From contig CAZJPW010000004.1 of assembly GCA_964548405.1 (NCBI GenBank), positions 1 through 55,753 on the forward strand: a stretch of 55,753 nt of DNA, given 5' to 3'. This document shows, one piece after another, positions 37,560-46,507 of this stretch; position 1 is the first letter of the stretch, and the number at the start of each line of letters is the position of its first letter. Below the pieces are notes generated by a model, which saw only the letters and a program-made list of their open reading frames with translations, had not been told where the DNA came from and made no database searches. The position numbers and the translations under genes were made by a program. This DNA comes from an uncultured Candidatus Saccharibacteria bacterium (GTDB taxonomy: Bacteria > Patescibacteriota > Minisyncoccia > Portnoybacterales > UBA2143).

Positions 37560-39104
37560 ATGTTGCCTAAGGATAAATATTATCTAAAGCTGGGCAAAGC
37601 GTCTGATTTAAAAAGCCCGAAAGAACGATTTGTTTATCGGGCTTTTGAGATTTTGCCTGGAGCTCTGGCTTGGACTACTATTTTAAGTGTTATCTTTTTT
37701 TCCTGGTATCGTCCAGTCTGGGTAGCTATTTTTATTATTACTTTTGACGTTTACTGGGTTTTAAAGACTATCTATTTTTCAGTTCACTTAAGAGCCAGCT
37801 ACAAGCAGATGAAGAAAAATATTAGAGTTGACTGGATAAGTAAAGTTAAACAGCAAAAAGATTGGCAAAGAATTCATCATCTATTGATTTTACCTTTTTA
37901 CAAAGAATCTTTTGAAGTAATTGAAAAAACCATGCAGGCTTTAATTGATTCTGATTATTCAAAAGATAAGATGATTGTGATTTTAGGAGCTGAAGAAAGA
38001 GCCGGAGAAGAGGTTCAAGAAACTATGAGAAGAATAGAAAGAAAATTTGGTGATAAATTTTATAAATTTATGACCACTACTCATCCACAAGGATTGCCAG
38101 GCGAAATGGCTGGCAAAGGATCAAATAGCACTTGGATGATTAGACAAGCTAAAAAAGAAATTATTGATCCTTTGAAAATTCCCTATGAAGATATTATTGT
38201 TTCTTGTGGGGATGTTGACACTCGGGTTTATCCTAAATATTTTTCTTGTTTGACTTATCATTATTTAACAACTGATAAGCCAACCAGGGTTGGTTATCAG
38301 CCCGTACCTGTGTTTAATAATAATATTTGGAAGACATCGTGTTTTTCTAGAGTAGTGGCTACTTCAGGAACATTCTGGCAAATGATCCAACAGATGAGGC
38401 CAGAAAGGCTTTCTAGTTTTTCTTCTCAGGCTTTGAGTTTTAAAGTTTTAGTTGATGTTGATTTTTGGCCGGTTAACATGGTTTCTGAAGATTCAAGGAT
38501 ATTCTGGCAGAATTTATTATATTATCATGGTGATTACAAGGCGATTCCTTTATATTATCCGGTTTCTATGGATGCCAATCTGGCTCCTACTTTTTTACAG
38601 ACTTCAATCAATGTTTACAAACAGCAAAGGCGTTGGGGTTGGGGAGCGGAAAACATTCCTTATCTGCTGTTTGGATTTATTAAAAACAAAAAAATTTCCA
38701 AGAGAATAAAATGGCATTGGACTTGGGTTCAATTGGAAGGATTCTGGTCTTGGGCTACTAACGCTTTATTAATTTTTATGCTTGGTTGGTTGCCTTTATA
38801 CTTGGGCGGAGACAGGTTTAATGTTACTTTGTTATCATATAACCTACCTCTGATAACTAGAACTCTAATGAATATTGCTATGATTGGTTTGATTGGTTCA
38901 GCTATTTATTCTACTTTACTTTTACCTAAGCGACCCAAAAATTTTGGTTTATTTAGACATTTAGGAATGGTTGTTCAATGGATCTTAGTGCCTTTGACAA
39001 TACTTATCTTTGGAGCTTTTCCAGGATTAGAAGCTCAAACTAGATTATTATTAGGTAGGTATATGGGTTTCTGGGTAACGCCTAAGAATGAACCGAAGAA
39101 ATAA
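37560..39104 (+). CDS. processive family-2 glycosyltransferase (cellulose/chitin/PNAG-synthase-like, membrane-embedded)
   Basis: N- and C-terminal TM bundles flank the cytoplasmic GT-A domain. The motifs are DxD-like CGDVDT and Q-x-x-R-W (QQRRWGWGAEN). Confidence 0.7.
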   Translation: MLPKDKYYLKLGKASDLKSPKERFVYRAFEILPGALAWTTILSVIFFSWYRPVWVAIFIITFDVYWVLKTIYFSVHLRASYKQMKKNIRVDWISKVKQQKDWQRIHHLLILPFYKESFEVIEKTMQALIDSDYSKDKMIVILGAEERAGEEVQETMRRIERKFGDKFYKFMTTTHPQGLPGEMAGKGSNSTWMIRQAKKEIIDPLKIPYEDIIVSCGDVDTRVYPKYFSCLTYHYLTTDKPTRVGYQPVPVFNNNIWKTSCFSRVVATSGTFWQMIQQMRPERLSSFSSQALSFKVLVDVDFWPVNMVSEDSRIFWQNLLYYHGDYKAIPLYYPVSMDANLAPTFLQTSINVYKQQRRWGWGAENIPYLLFGFIKNKKISKRIKWHWTWVQLEGFWSWATNALLIFMLGWLPLYLGGDRFNVTLLSYNLPLITRTLMNIAMIGLIGSAIYSTLLLPKRPKNFGLFRHLGMVVQWILVPLTILIFGAFPGLEAQTRLLLGRYMGFWVTPKNEPKK

Positions 39105-39107
39105 AAA

Positions 39108-39141
39108 GGCCGCGTCCTTTGTTGGATCGCGGCTTTTTTTA
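39108..39141 (+). terminator. rho-independent terminator after the GT2 gene
   Basis: ggccgcg-13 nt loop-cgcggc followed by ttttttt. Confidence 0.6.
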
Positions 39142-39241
39142 TTGAAGCCCACTCACTACCTTTGAATCGCCCTCGAGAAAAGCAACAATTCCTAGTAGCG
39201 AGCGGGCAAATCTATTATACTACATTATTTTAAAAAGAGTA

Positions 39242-39277
39242 ACCGGAAGATCAAATTGACCTTCCGGTTGTTTTTAT
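39242..39277. terminator. hairpin terminator (serves the minus-strand DksA-like gene, possibly both strands)
   Basis: A 9-bp stem aaccggaag / cttccggtt followed by gttttta. Confidence 0.5.
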
Positions 39278-39330
39278 CTGTCAAATAAATGCCTCGAGAG
39301 CTTGCGCCCATTTACTCGGCAGATAAAGGT

Positions 39331-39696
39331 TTATTGTTTTTCGCAACAGGGTCTGCAGAATAGAGTGTGTGGGACCGCTTTCAATCGTTTGATCCCAATC
39401 TTTTTTCTACATTCTATGCAATAACCATATGTTCCGTTTTTTATCCTGTCAATAGCGGCACATACAGACTCATAGAAATAACTTACCCCAGTTGTTCGTT
39501 TACACAAAACAGCAAGTTCGTTTGTTACTCCTTTTATCTTGCTCCCGGAACATTCAAGGGGTTCTATGTTTCGACTCATGGTCGAAATTCTACCTCTTAT
39601 CGAGATTTCCCCTCTTCCAAACAGTTCCACTTCAAGCTCTTTGGCCGTTGCGACTAGGATTGTCTTAAATTCTTGAATGTTTCCTTTTTGCTTCAT
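39331..39696 (-). CDS. DksA/TraR-family C4 zinc-finger protein
   Basis: The C-terminal CIECRKKIGIKRLKAVPHTLFCRPCC has CxxC-17-CxxC spacing. The N-terminal half is predicted helical. Confidence 0.65.
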   Translation of the reverse strand: MKQKGNIQEFKTILVATAKELEVELFGRGEISIRGRISTMSRNIEPLECSGSKIKGVTNELAVLCKRTTGVSYFYESVCAAIDRIKNGTYGYCIECRKKIGIKRLKAVPHTLFCRPCCEKQ

Positions 39697-39768
39697 TTAA
39701 ACCTCCTTTATTATGAATTTAGTGTACTGCTATTCTCTATTATACACAAAATACATAATTTGTCAAGG

Positions 39769-41817
39769 TTATTCAAGATGAATGGATTGATGGAAGTTTT
39801 TGAGTTTTTGTTCTAAAGCTGGATTAGAAATATTTTTTTCTAAAACTAAATTAGCCGCTTGCCGGCTTTTTTTAATTAAATCTAAATCATCCAATGAAGC
39901 CATAGCTAAATCAGGTAATCCCCATTGTCTAGTGCCAATAAAGTTGCCCGGTCCCCTGATCTTTAAATCTTTTTCTGCCAGTTCAAATCCATCTTTAGCA
40001 TCAATAATGGCTTTTAATCTTTGATTGGTTCTTTTGGCTATTAAATCAGTAAAAAGGAAACAATGAGATTGATGTTTACCTCGGCCAATTCTTCCTCTAA
40101 ATTGATGAAGCTGGGCTAAACCAAATCTGTCAGCTCCTTCAATAATCATAACGGTGGCATTAGGTATATCAACACCAACTTCAATAACTGAGGTTGAAAC
40201 TAATATGTCGGTTTTTCCATTTTTGAATTCTTCCATTATTTGTTCTTTTTCTTTAGGCTTTAATTTTCCATGAAGCATCGCTGTTTTGAATTTAGGAAAG
40301 ATTTCTTTGGAAAGCTTCTCATATTCTTGGGTAACTGATTTAACTTCCAGTTTTTCTGATTCGTCAATCAAGGGACAAATGACAAAAACTTGTCTTTTCT
40401 TTTTAATTTGCTGAGTAATGAAATTATATGCTTTTTGACGGTCATTCGGAATAACTAGTTGAGTAATAATTTTCTGTCTGCCCTTGGGTAATTCTTTAAT
40501 TAGAGAAATATCCAAGTCTCCATAAATGGTTAGAGTCAGGGTACGAGGGATTGGCGTAGCGGTCATGGAAAGCAGATGAGGAATAGTTGGTAGTCCGTCT
40601 TCTATATTGTATACTCTTTTTTGGAGAGTAGCTCGTTGGGCCACGCCAAAGCGATGCTGTTCATCAATAATGGTTAAAGCCAAATTTTTAAAAGACAGAC
40701 TTTCCTGGATCAAGGCATGGGTGCCAATAACGATATCTATATTCCCCTGATATATTTCCTTTTTAAGTTGTGGTTTGTTTTTAGTTGAGCCAATTAATAG
40801 AGTAATATTTATTTTTTGTTTTTTAAGAAATTGGCTGAAACTTTCAAAGTGCTGTCTAGCTAATATTTCTGTTGGGGCCATCAGAGCTATTTGATAGCCG
40901 GCCTTGGCTGTTTCTAGAGCAACCATTAAGGCAACAATGGTTTTTCCTGAACCAACATCACCGTTAAGCAAACGATTCATAGGTTGATTTTTAGATAAAT
41001 CTTGAAATATTTCCCAGGCCGCCAAGCGTTGATCATTAGTTAATTTAAAGGGTAGGCCTTTAACAAAGGATTTAACTAGTTTTTGATTGAAGGGAATGTT
41101 AATTGCTTTTTCTTGGGCCAGCTTTTGTTTTTGTTTGAGGGTAGTTAATTGGATTAAAAAAAGCTCATCAAAGCTTAAACGCTGACGGGCTTTTTTGGCT
41201 GATAAAAGATTATCAGGAAAGTGAATTTGTTTAATGGCTTGATTTAAGCTTATTAACTGAAATTGTTTTTTGATTTGATCAGGTAAAAAATCAATTATTT
41301 GTTGAGTTAAATGGAGGATAGGTTTAATTACAAAACGGAGATAGCGTGAGCTTAATCCTTCTGTTTCGTGGTAGACAGGTACTAGGCGGCCGGTATGAAC
41401 AGTATCTTGTTTAGCTAATTCGTGAACCGGGTTTGACAAGCAAAGAGTTTTTTTGGTAAAAGTCAGTTTGCCGGAAAGATTAACTAATCTTCCTTTTTTA
41501 AGAGTTTCAGTTAAATATGGTTGATTAAACCAGATAACTTTAATTGTTCCAGTTTTATCTTTAACTAGAGCTTCAGTTAAAGTCATCTTCCTATGGTAAA
41601 GTTGAGTGTTTTTAATATCTACAATTTCAGCTTGAATAGTTGCTTTTTGTCCTTCTTTGAGTTGGCTAATAGGGATGGTTTGGCTGAAATCTTCATAGCG
41701 ATGGGGGAAATGAAAAAAGAGATCCCAGACAGTTTTGATGTTAAGCTTATTCAGCTTTTTCAAATATACAGGACCTACTTTTTTAATAGTTTCAATTTTA
41801 GATGATAGAGATAACAT
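39769..41817 (-). CDS. recG: ATP-dependent DNA helicase RecG
   Basis: Wedge/OB N-terminal domain, Walker A GDVGSGKT, DEQHRFGV and QFRGRIGRG. Confidence 0.9.
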   Translation of the reverse strand: MLSLSSKIETIKKVGPVYLKKLNKLNIKTVWDLFFHFPHRYEDFSQTIPISQLKEGQKATIQAEIVDIKNTQLYHRKMTLTEALVKDKTGTIKVIWFNQPYLTETLKKGRLVNLSGKLTFTKKTLCLSNPVHELAKQDTVHTGRLVPVYHETEGLSSRYLRFVIKPILHLTQQIIDFLPDQIKKQFQLISLNQAIKQIHFPDNLLSAKKARQRLSFDELFLIQLTTLKQKQKLAQEKAINIPFNQKLVKSFVKGLPFKLTNDQRLAAWEIFQDLSKNQPMNRLLNGDVGSGKTIVALMVALETAKAGYQIALMAPTEILARQHFESFSQFLKKQKINITLLIGSTKNKPQLKKEIYQGNIDIVIGTHALIQESLSFKNLALTIIDEQHRFGVAQRATLQKRVYNIEDGLPTIPHLLSMTATPIPRTLTLTIYGDLDISLIKELPKGRQKIITQLVIPNDRQKAYNFITQQIKKKRQVFVICPLIDESEKLEVKSVTQEYEKLSKEIFPKFKTAMLHGKLKPKEKEQIMEEFKNGKTDILVSTSVIEVGVDIPNATVMIIEGADRFGLAQLHQFRGRIGRGKHQSHCFLFTDLIAKRTNQRLKAIIDAKDGFELAEKDLKIRGPGNFIGTRQWGLPDLAMASLDDLDLIKKSRQAANLVLEKNISNPALEQKLKNFHQSIHLE

Positions 41818-41824
41818 TACAGGA

Positions 41825-42424
41825 TTATTTCTTCTTTTTGTTTCGGTCTACCCACCAATCATCATCTTTATTTCTGAACCACCAGCGGTCAGAATCAGTT
41901 TTAATAATCTCATTTGCTAATTTTTTTGCCTCACTAGTTTTTAGTCGTTTTAGTAAACTTGGTATCCATGTTTTTGCTCTTTCGTTTCCAATATCTCTTT
42001 GTTCTTTAAGTGAAAGAAGAAATTCAAGATTATCTGCATCTTTAGTCAATTTTGCTTCTTTGGATTCTCTTTTTTCATACTCATTAAGTAAATTTTTTAA
42101 ATCGTTACCAAAAGGCAAGGATTCAACTAGATCTTTACGAGCTTTTTTTTCAAGCCGTTTTGTGTATTTTTGATGTACATAATTTAGGTCTGATATTCTT
42201 GACTCTGAAATATCATGAAAAATGCACATTTGTACTACTTTGCCAACATCAACATCTTTTGCTAATTTAGCTAAACAATATCCTATATATGAAGCTCTAT
42301 TGATGTGTTCAGCGACTGTTTGTTCTCCGCTTCCCAAAAAGAAAAAACCACTACGAGGTGTTTTGGCAAGTATCCCGACCTCGTATAGGAAATCTACAAC
42401 ATCATTTAAGCTTTTGTTTTTCAC
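41825..42424 (-). CDS. HD-domain phosphohydrolase (YfbR-like)
   Basis: H...HD motif (AEHINRASY ... IFHDISESRISDL ... D). The start is GTG. Confidence 0.65.
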   Translation of the reverse strand: MKNKSLNDVVDFLYEVGILAKTPRSGFFFLGSGEQTVAEHINRASYIGYCLAKLAKDVDVGKVVQMCIFHDISESRISDLNYVHQKYTKRLEKKARKDLVESLPFGNDLKNLLNEYEKRESKEAKLTKDADNLEFLLSLKEQRDIGNERAKTWIPSLLKRLKTSEAKKLANEIIKTDSDRWWFRNKDDDWWVDRNKKKK

Positions 42425-42426
42425 AG

Positions 42427-42499
42427 TACGCCCAGTAGGATTCGAACCTACGACTTCCTCCTCCGCAAGGAGACACTCTATCCACTGAGCTATGGGCGC
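42427..42499 (-). tRNA. tRNA-Arg(GCG)
   Basis: Reverse complement is GCGCCCATAGCTCAGTGGATAGAGTGTCTCCTTGCGGAGGAGGAAGTCGTAGGTTCGAATCCTACTGGGCGTA. The anticodon loop TTGCGGA gives GCG with G37. The first acceptor pair is G1:U72. Confidence 0.7.
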
Positions 42500-42504
42500 A
42501 TTAT

Positions 42505-42975
42505 TTAGAATTTTATCTGTCTGGCTAAATTATCTGTTAAAGATTCTTTATGTTTCTTTTCTGGCAAATATTTGATTAATACTTGTCTGATTTCAATCGG
42601 GTCTTGCTCACCCAGAGGAAGTTTAATATATGGCATAATTGATTTTTTACTTCTTAGGCTTAGTTCTTTCACTTCTGGCGGATCATAAAAGAGCCAGAAT
42701 GATCTTAGGTTTTCAAAACTGTATAAGGTTTTTTCAATTTTAATTCCTTTAGGAGTAATAGCTAATTTAATCTCTCTCGGTTTTTTAGATGCATAAGTGG
42801 TGATAATAAAATATGATAAGGCGACCATTAAGGCAAAAAGGAGATTTTTAGTAAAAATGGCTATTAAAAACAATATGCCGGCAATTGCTCCGGTAATAAT
42901 ATACCAGGATTTACTTTTTTGGTACTGTTCAAATTCAGGAGCAGTCCATTCAATTTGATTTTTGTTTTTTGACAT
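42505..42975 (-). CDS. hypothetical membrane protein (2 TM), bacterial-PH-like
   Basis: The track ORF reads through two tRNA genes. I re-called the start at MSKNKNQIEW (ATG at 42973-42975), whose first base overlaps the CCA end of tRNA-Ser. Confidence 0.5.
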   Translation of the reverse strand: MSKNKNQIEWTAPEFEQYQKSKSWYIITGAIAGILFLIAIFTKNLLFALMVALSYFIITTYASKKPREIKLAITPKGIKIEKTLYSFENLRSFWLFYDPPEVKELSLRSKKSIMPYIKLPLGEQDPIEIRQVLIKYLPEKKHKESLTDNLARQIKF

Positions 42976-43061
42976 GGCGGAGAGGGTGGGATTCGAACCC
43001 ACATGTCCAAAAAGGACGCCGCTTTTCAAGAGCGGTGGAATAGCCGTTATCCGACCTCTCC
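42975..43061 (-). tRNA. tRNA-Ser(TGA), class II
   Basis: GGAGAGGTCGGATAACGGCTATTCCACCGCTCTTGAAAAGCGG + long variable hairpin + GTGGGTTCGAATCCCACCCTCTCCGCCA. The anticodon is TGA. Confidence 0.8.
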
Positions 43062-43074
43062 AAGTCGTTTTTTT

Positions 43075-43159
43075 TGGCGGAAGAGGCGGGATTCGAACCC
43101 GCAAGCCCCGAAGGGCGACAGATTAGCAATCTGCTACAATACCATTATGTGACTCTTCC
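43075..43159 (-). tRNA. tRNA-Ser(GCT), class II
   Basis: GGAAGAGTCACATAATGGTATTGTAGCAGATTGCTAATCTGT + variable hairpin CGCCCTTCGGGGC + GCGGGTTCGAATCCCGCCTCTTCCGCCA. The anticodon is GCT. Confidence 0.8.
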
Positions 43160-43195
43160 TAGTATTTTTAGGATAGCTTATTTTAGTAATTTTGT

Positions 43196-43819
43196 CTATC
43201 CTTGAGCCACGACTAGTTTCCAAATCTGCTTAGCCTGAAGAGGTTGTAAAGCTTGAACGGCTTGTTCTAAAGTAGCGCCGGTTGTTGAGATATCATCGAT
43301 GAGGATAAGGGTTTTGTTGGATAAGTTGATCTCTTTAGATAAAGCAAAGGCTTGTTCTATATTTTCCCTTCTTTGCTGGGCGTTCTGTATTCCCATTTGG
43401 GGCAAAGTATGTTTAGTTCGGATGAGAAGGTTGTTATTTACAGGAATATTTAGTTTTTGGCTGATTTGTTGGACTAGGAGTTCAGCTTGGTTAAAACCGC
43501 GCCAGCGCAGACGACGAGGATGGAGAGGGATGGGGATTAAGACGAGGTCCAACTTCAGCTGAGGTCGGACCTCTTGAAGACGCTTAACCATTAATAATCC
43601 CAGAGGTTTAGCCAGATCTTTGACAAAATCATACTTGTACCTATGAATCAATTGTTTGATTAAGGGATTTTCGTAATAACTGGCAATTAACAAGTTATTT
43701 TTGATTGGTTTGGTGTTAAAAGGCAGTTTTTTAAAACAATTAAAACAAATAAAGTTGCCTTCTTGGCCGCAGCCGAGGCACTGGATGGGAAAGAGCAGAT
43801 CTGAAATAGTTTTCCACAT
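43196..43819 (-). CDS. comFC: ComF family competence protein (phosphoribosyltransferase domain)
   Basis: N-terminal Cys4 (CLGCG...CFNC) and the PRTase motif LILIDDISTTGATL. Confidence 0.75.
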   Translation of the reverse strand: MWKTISDLLFPIQCLGCGQEGNFICFNCFKKLPFNTKPIKNNLLIASYYENPLIKQLIHRYKYDFVKDLAKPLGLLMVKRLQEVRPQLKLDLVLIPIPLHPRRLRWRGFNQAELLVQQISQKLNIPVNNNLLIRTKHTLPQMGIQNAQQRRENIEQAFALSKEINLSNKTLILIDDISTTGATLEQAVQALQPLQAKQIWKLVVAQG

Positions 43820-43935
43820 AGATTAATTTCTTTGTTCTTTTATTTATGTTATACTTTTCTATAGATAAAGAAAAGAAAGGAATTGTCCTGAGAAAAGCAT
43901 AAGGGTGGTTTTTGGTAATTTAAGAGATTAAAATA

Positions 43936-44997
43936 ATGTTTTTATTTAAGAAAAAGCCAAAGAATTGTCTAGGTATTGATATTAGCGCCTCGGCTGTAAA
44001 AATGGTTGAGTTAGGAAAAGAGGATGGCAGACATAAATTGAATAATTACGCAATTTTTTCCCTAGATAAATATTTAAAGAGTAAGGATCAACAGTCTGAT
44101 CTAGAAAATTTTCAGATTTCTAATGAGAAAATAGCCAAGATAATCAAGCAAACTATTAAAGAAGCTAAGATTGAATCCAGGGATGTCTATTTTTCAGTCC
44201 CAGTCTATTCTAGTTTTTATACTCTGATTGATTTTCCAGATATGTCCAAAAAGGAGATTAAAGCAGCTATTCCTTTTGAGGCGAGAAAATATGTGCCCAT
44301 TCCAATTTCAGAAGTTATCCTGGACTGGAGCGTGGTTAATCCGCCTAATAATAAGGATAGCAAGCAAGTTTTGCTTATTGCTGTACCTAAGAAAGTTATC
44401 GATAACTATAATCAGATAGTCGAATTGGCTGGTTTAAATCTTAGAGGAATTGAAGGAGAGACTTTTAGTTTGACCCGCGCTTTGATAGGTAATGATGAAA
44501 GTGTTATTATCCTAATAGATAGTGGCGCTCGTTCCATTAATGTTAGTATTATTGATGATGGCTACATTAGAGTGACTCATAATTTGGAAATGGGCGGTCG
44601 TAAGATAACTAAGGCTATTGCTCAACAGATGAATATGGATTTGGAAAAGGCGGAATATTTCAAAAGGAGGTTGTCTGGCGAGGAATCAACTGATCAAATA
44701 AGCCCTCAATTAAAGGGGGTTGTCCAATCATCTTTGGGAATGATCCTTATTGAGATTAAGAAGATTATCGATAATTATCAAAATAAGTATAATCGTAAGA
44801 TTGAAAAAAGCGTTTTGGTCGGCAGCGGCGTTCATTTGTCAGGATTTTCCGACAGTCTGGTTAATAAATTATCTTTAGATGTCTCTATAGGTGATCCTTT
44901 TGCCCGAATAACCTATCCTGATGTGCTTAAACCGGTCTTAAAGGATTTAGGCCCTCCTTTGGCTGTAGCTATAGGGTTAGCCATGAGGGAAGAATAA
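43936..44997 (+). CDS. pilM: type IV pilus assembly ATPase-fold protein PilM
   Basis: LGIDISASAVKMVEL is an actin-like N-terminus, and the size is typical. Confidence 0.75.
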   Translation: MFLFKKKPKNCLGIDISASAVKMVELGKEDGRHKLNNYAIFSLDKYLKSKDQQSDLENFQISNEKIAKIIKQTIKEAKIESRDVYFSVPVYSSFYTLIDFPDMSKKEIKAAIPFEARKYVPIPISEVILDWSVVNPPNNKDSKQVLLIAVPKKVIDNYNQIVELAGLNLRGIEGETFSLTRALIGNDESVIILIDSGARSINVSIIDDGYIRVTHNLEMGGRKITKAIAQQMNMDLEKAEYFKRRLSGEESTDQISPQLKGVVQSSLGMILIEIKKIIDNYQNKYNRKIEKSVLVGSGVHLSGFSDSLVNKLSLDVSIGDPFARITYPDVLKPVLKDLGPPLAVAIGLAMREE

Positions 44998-45004
44998 AAA
45001 TATT

Positions 45005-45595
45005 ATGGACATCAAATTGATGCCAGAAAAATATAAGAGAAAAGGGATTGGTGGCGGATTGAGCCTATTCAGGAGCGGTCCCTTGAGAATTATTGTCCAG
45101 CTGGCCTCTAAGGCTAATCTTTGGTTTGTTTTGTCGTTTGTTTTATTAATTGGTCTGGTTTTGGTTTGTTTTGGTTTATGGGGGTACAAGATTAATTTAG
45201 ATAAGAATAAGGAAAGCTTAGTCCAGAAAATGGAAGAGCTACAAGCTCAGAGGGATTTAAATTTGGAAAATGATTTTATGGAATTGAAAGAAACGATTGA
45301 AAATTTCAGAAAGATACTGGATAAAAGAATCTATTCTTCAAATATTTTGGAAACACTAGAGGAATTGACTATTCCTGATGTCCAATACAGCAATTTTAAA
45401 GTTAATTTTGGCCGTTTATTACTTGATTTAAAAGCAGAGGCAGCTGACTATAATTCTTTGGCCAAGCAAGTAATAATTTTCAAAAATGATTCCCGGATAA
45501 ACAAAGTTAATTTGTTTGAGGTTAGTTTGGAAAAAAGCGGCTGGGTTGGGACTAACTTGAATCTTGAATTAAATCCAAGTTTTTTGTATGAATAA
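45005..45595 (+). CDS. PilN-like bitopic pilus assembly protein
   Basis: Single TM followed by a coiled coil. Its position immediately after pilM supports the call. Confidence 0.5.
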   Translation: MDIKLMPEKYKRKGIGGGLSLFRSGPLRIIVQLASKANLWFVLSFVLLIGLVLVCFGLWGYKINLDKNKESLVQKMEELQAQRDLNLENDFMELKETIENFRKILDKRIYSSNILETLEELTIPDVQYSNFKVNFGRLLLDLKAEAADYNSLAKQVIIFKNDSRINKVNLFEVSLEKSGWVGTNLNLELNPSFLYE

Positions 45596-46184
45596 AAAAG
45601 TTATTATCATTTTAGTTAATTTGTTGGTCAGTATAGCTTTAGTGTTTGTTTTTGCTGATCCTCTTTGGAATTCAGTTAAAAGTCTGAGGGTTGATATAGA
45701 CAAACGAGGTCAGGAAGTTAAAAAGGTTGAACAGTTTTTAGCTAAGGTACAGGAATTAGAAAAGGAATATCAGGAGATGGGAGGGGAAGGTGTTAAAGAT
45801 ATTGTTTCGGTTTTACCTAAGGAAAAAGATTTACCCTACTTAATGAATCAATTTGAGGTTTTGGCTGCAAGTAACGGCCTATTATTAGAGTCATTAAAAT
45901 TTAACGAAGAAATTGAACGAGAGGGAAAAGACAGCAAGCTTTCTCAAAAGAAATTAAACCAGACTGAAGAGATTATTCCGCTCTTCCCTTATTTATCCGT
46001 TGAAATAAGGTTAAACGGATCTTATCAGGGCCTTAAGAGCTATTTGGAAGATTTAGAAAACAGTGTTCGTTTAATGGATGTTAAAGAGATTGGCTTTAGA
46101 AGTGAACGGGATAAGGGAGGTATTAATTTGTCCGGCCTGTCTATTTTTAAGTTTACTTTAGGAATATTAGTATATTATCAATAA
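45588..46184 (+). CDS. PilO-like bitopic pilus assembly protein
   Basis: N-terminal TM followed by a coiled coil, in the pilM-N-O gene order. Confidence 0.45.
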   Translation: MNKKVIIILVNLLVSIALVFVFADPLWNSVKSLRVDIDKRGQEVKKVEQFLAKVQELEKEYQEMGGEGVKDIVSVLPKEKDLPYLMNQFEVLAASNGLLLESLKFNEEIEREGKDSKLSQKKLNQTEEIIPLFPYLSVEIRLNGSYQGLKSYLEDLENSVRLMDVKEIGFRSERDKGGINLSGLSIFKFTLGILVYYQ

Positions 46185-46507
46185 TGAATTTCAAATCAAT
46201 TTTTTCTAAAGGTTCTTTATCCCAAGATCAGAAACAGCAAATACTGATAAGTGTTTTTATTGTGGTTATTTTTGCCACTCTTATGGTTCTGTATTTTGGC
46301 TTTTGGCGTTCTTCGCCGGCTCCGTCCGATCCGGACTCTCAGACTCCAGGAGTGACTAAGGGCCAAAGTATTAATCTTGAAAAGATTGATTTTGATGTTA
46401 GTTTCTTAAAGACTTCTCGTTTTCAGGATTTAAATATTTATGGGAAGTGGCCCTTAGAAATAGAAGAAAAAGGTCGGCAAAACCCATTTTTGCCATATAA
46501 TCAATGA
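46184..46507 (+). CDS. small membrane protein (PilP-position)
   Basis: One TM helix. Translationally coupled between the pilO-like gene and pilB. Confidence 0.4.
   Translation: MNFKSIFSKGSLSQDQKQQILISVFIVVIFATLMVLYFGFWRSSPAPSDPDSQTPGVTKGQSINLEKIDFDVSFLKTSRFQDLNIYGKWPLEIEEKGRQNPFLPYNQ

Noticed and set aside
39165-39310. Two cctcgaga (XhoI-containing) octamers flanking the terminators between the GT2 and DksA-like genes
   Set aside because: An 8-nt direct repeat 120 nt apart can occur by chance. There is no terminal inverted repeat and no transposase, so I do not call an insertion element.
42976-43104. N-terminal extension of track ORF 42505-43104
   Set aside because: It covers two tRNA-Ser genes. 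The internal Met at 42973-42975 is the plausible start.
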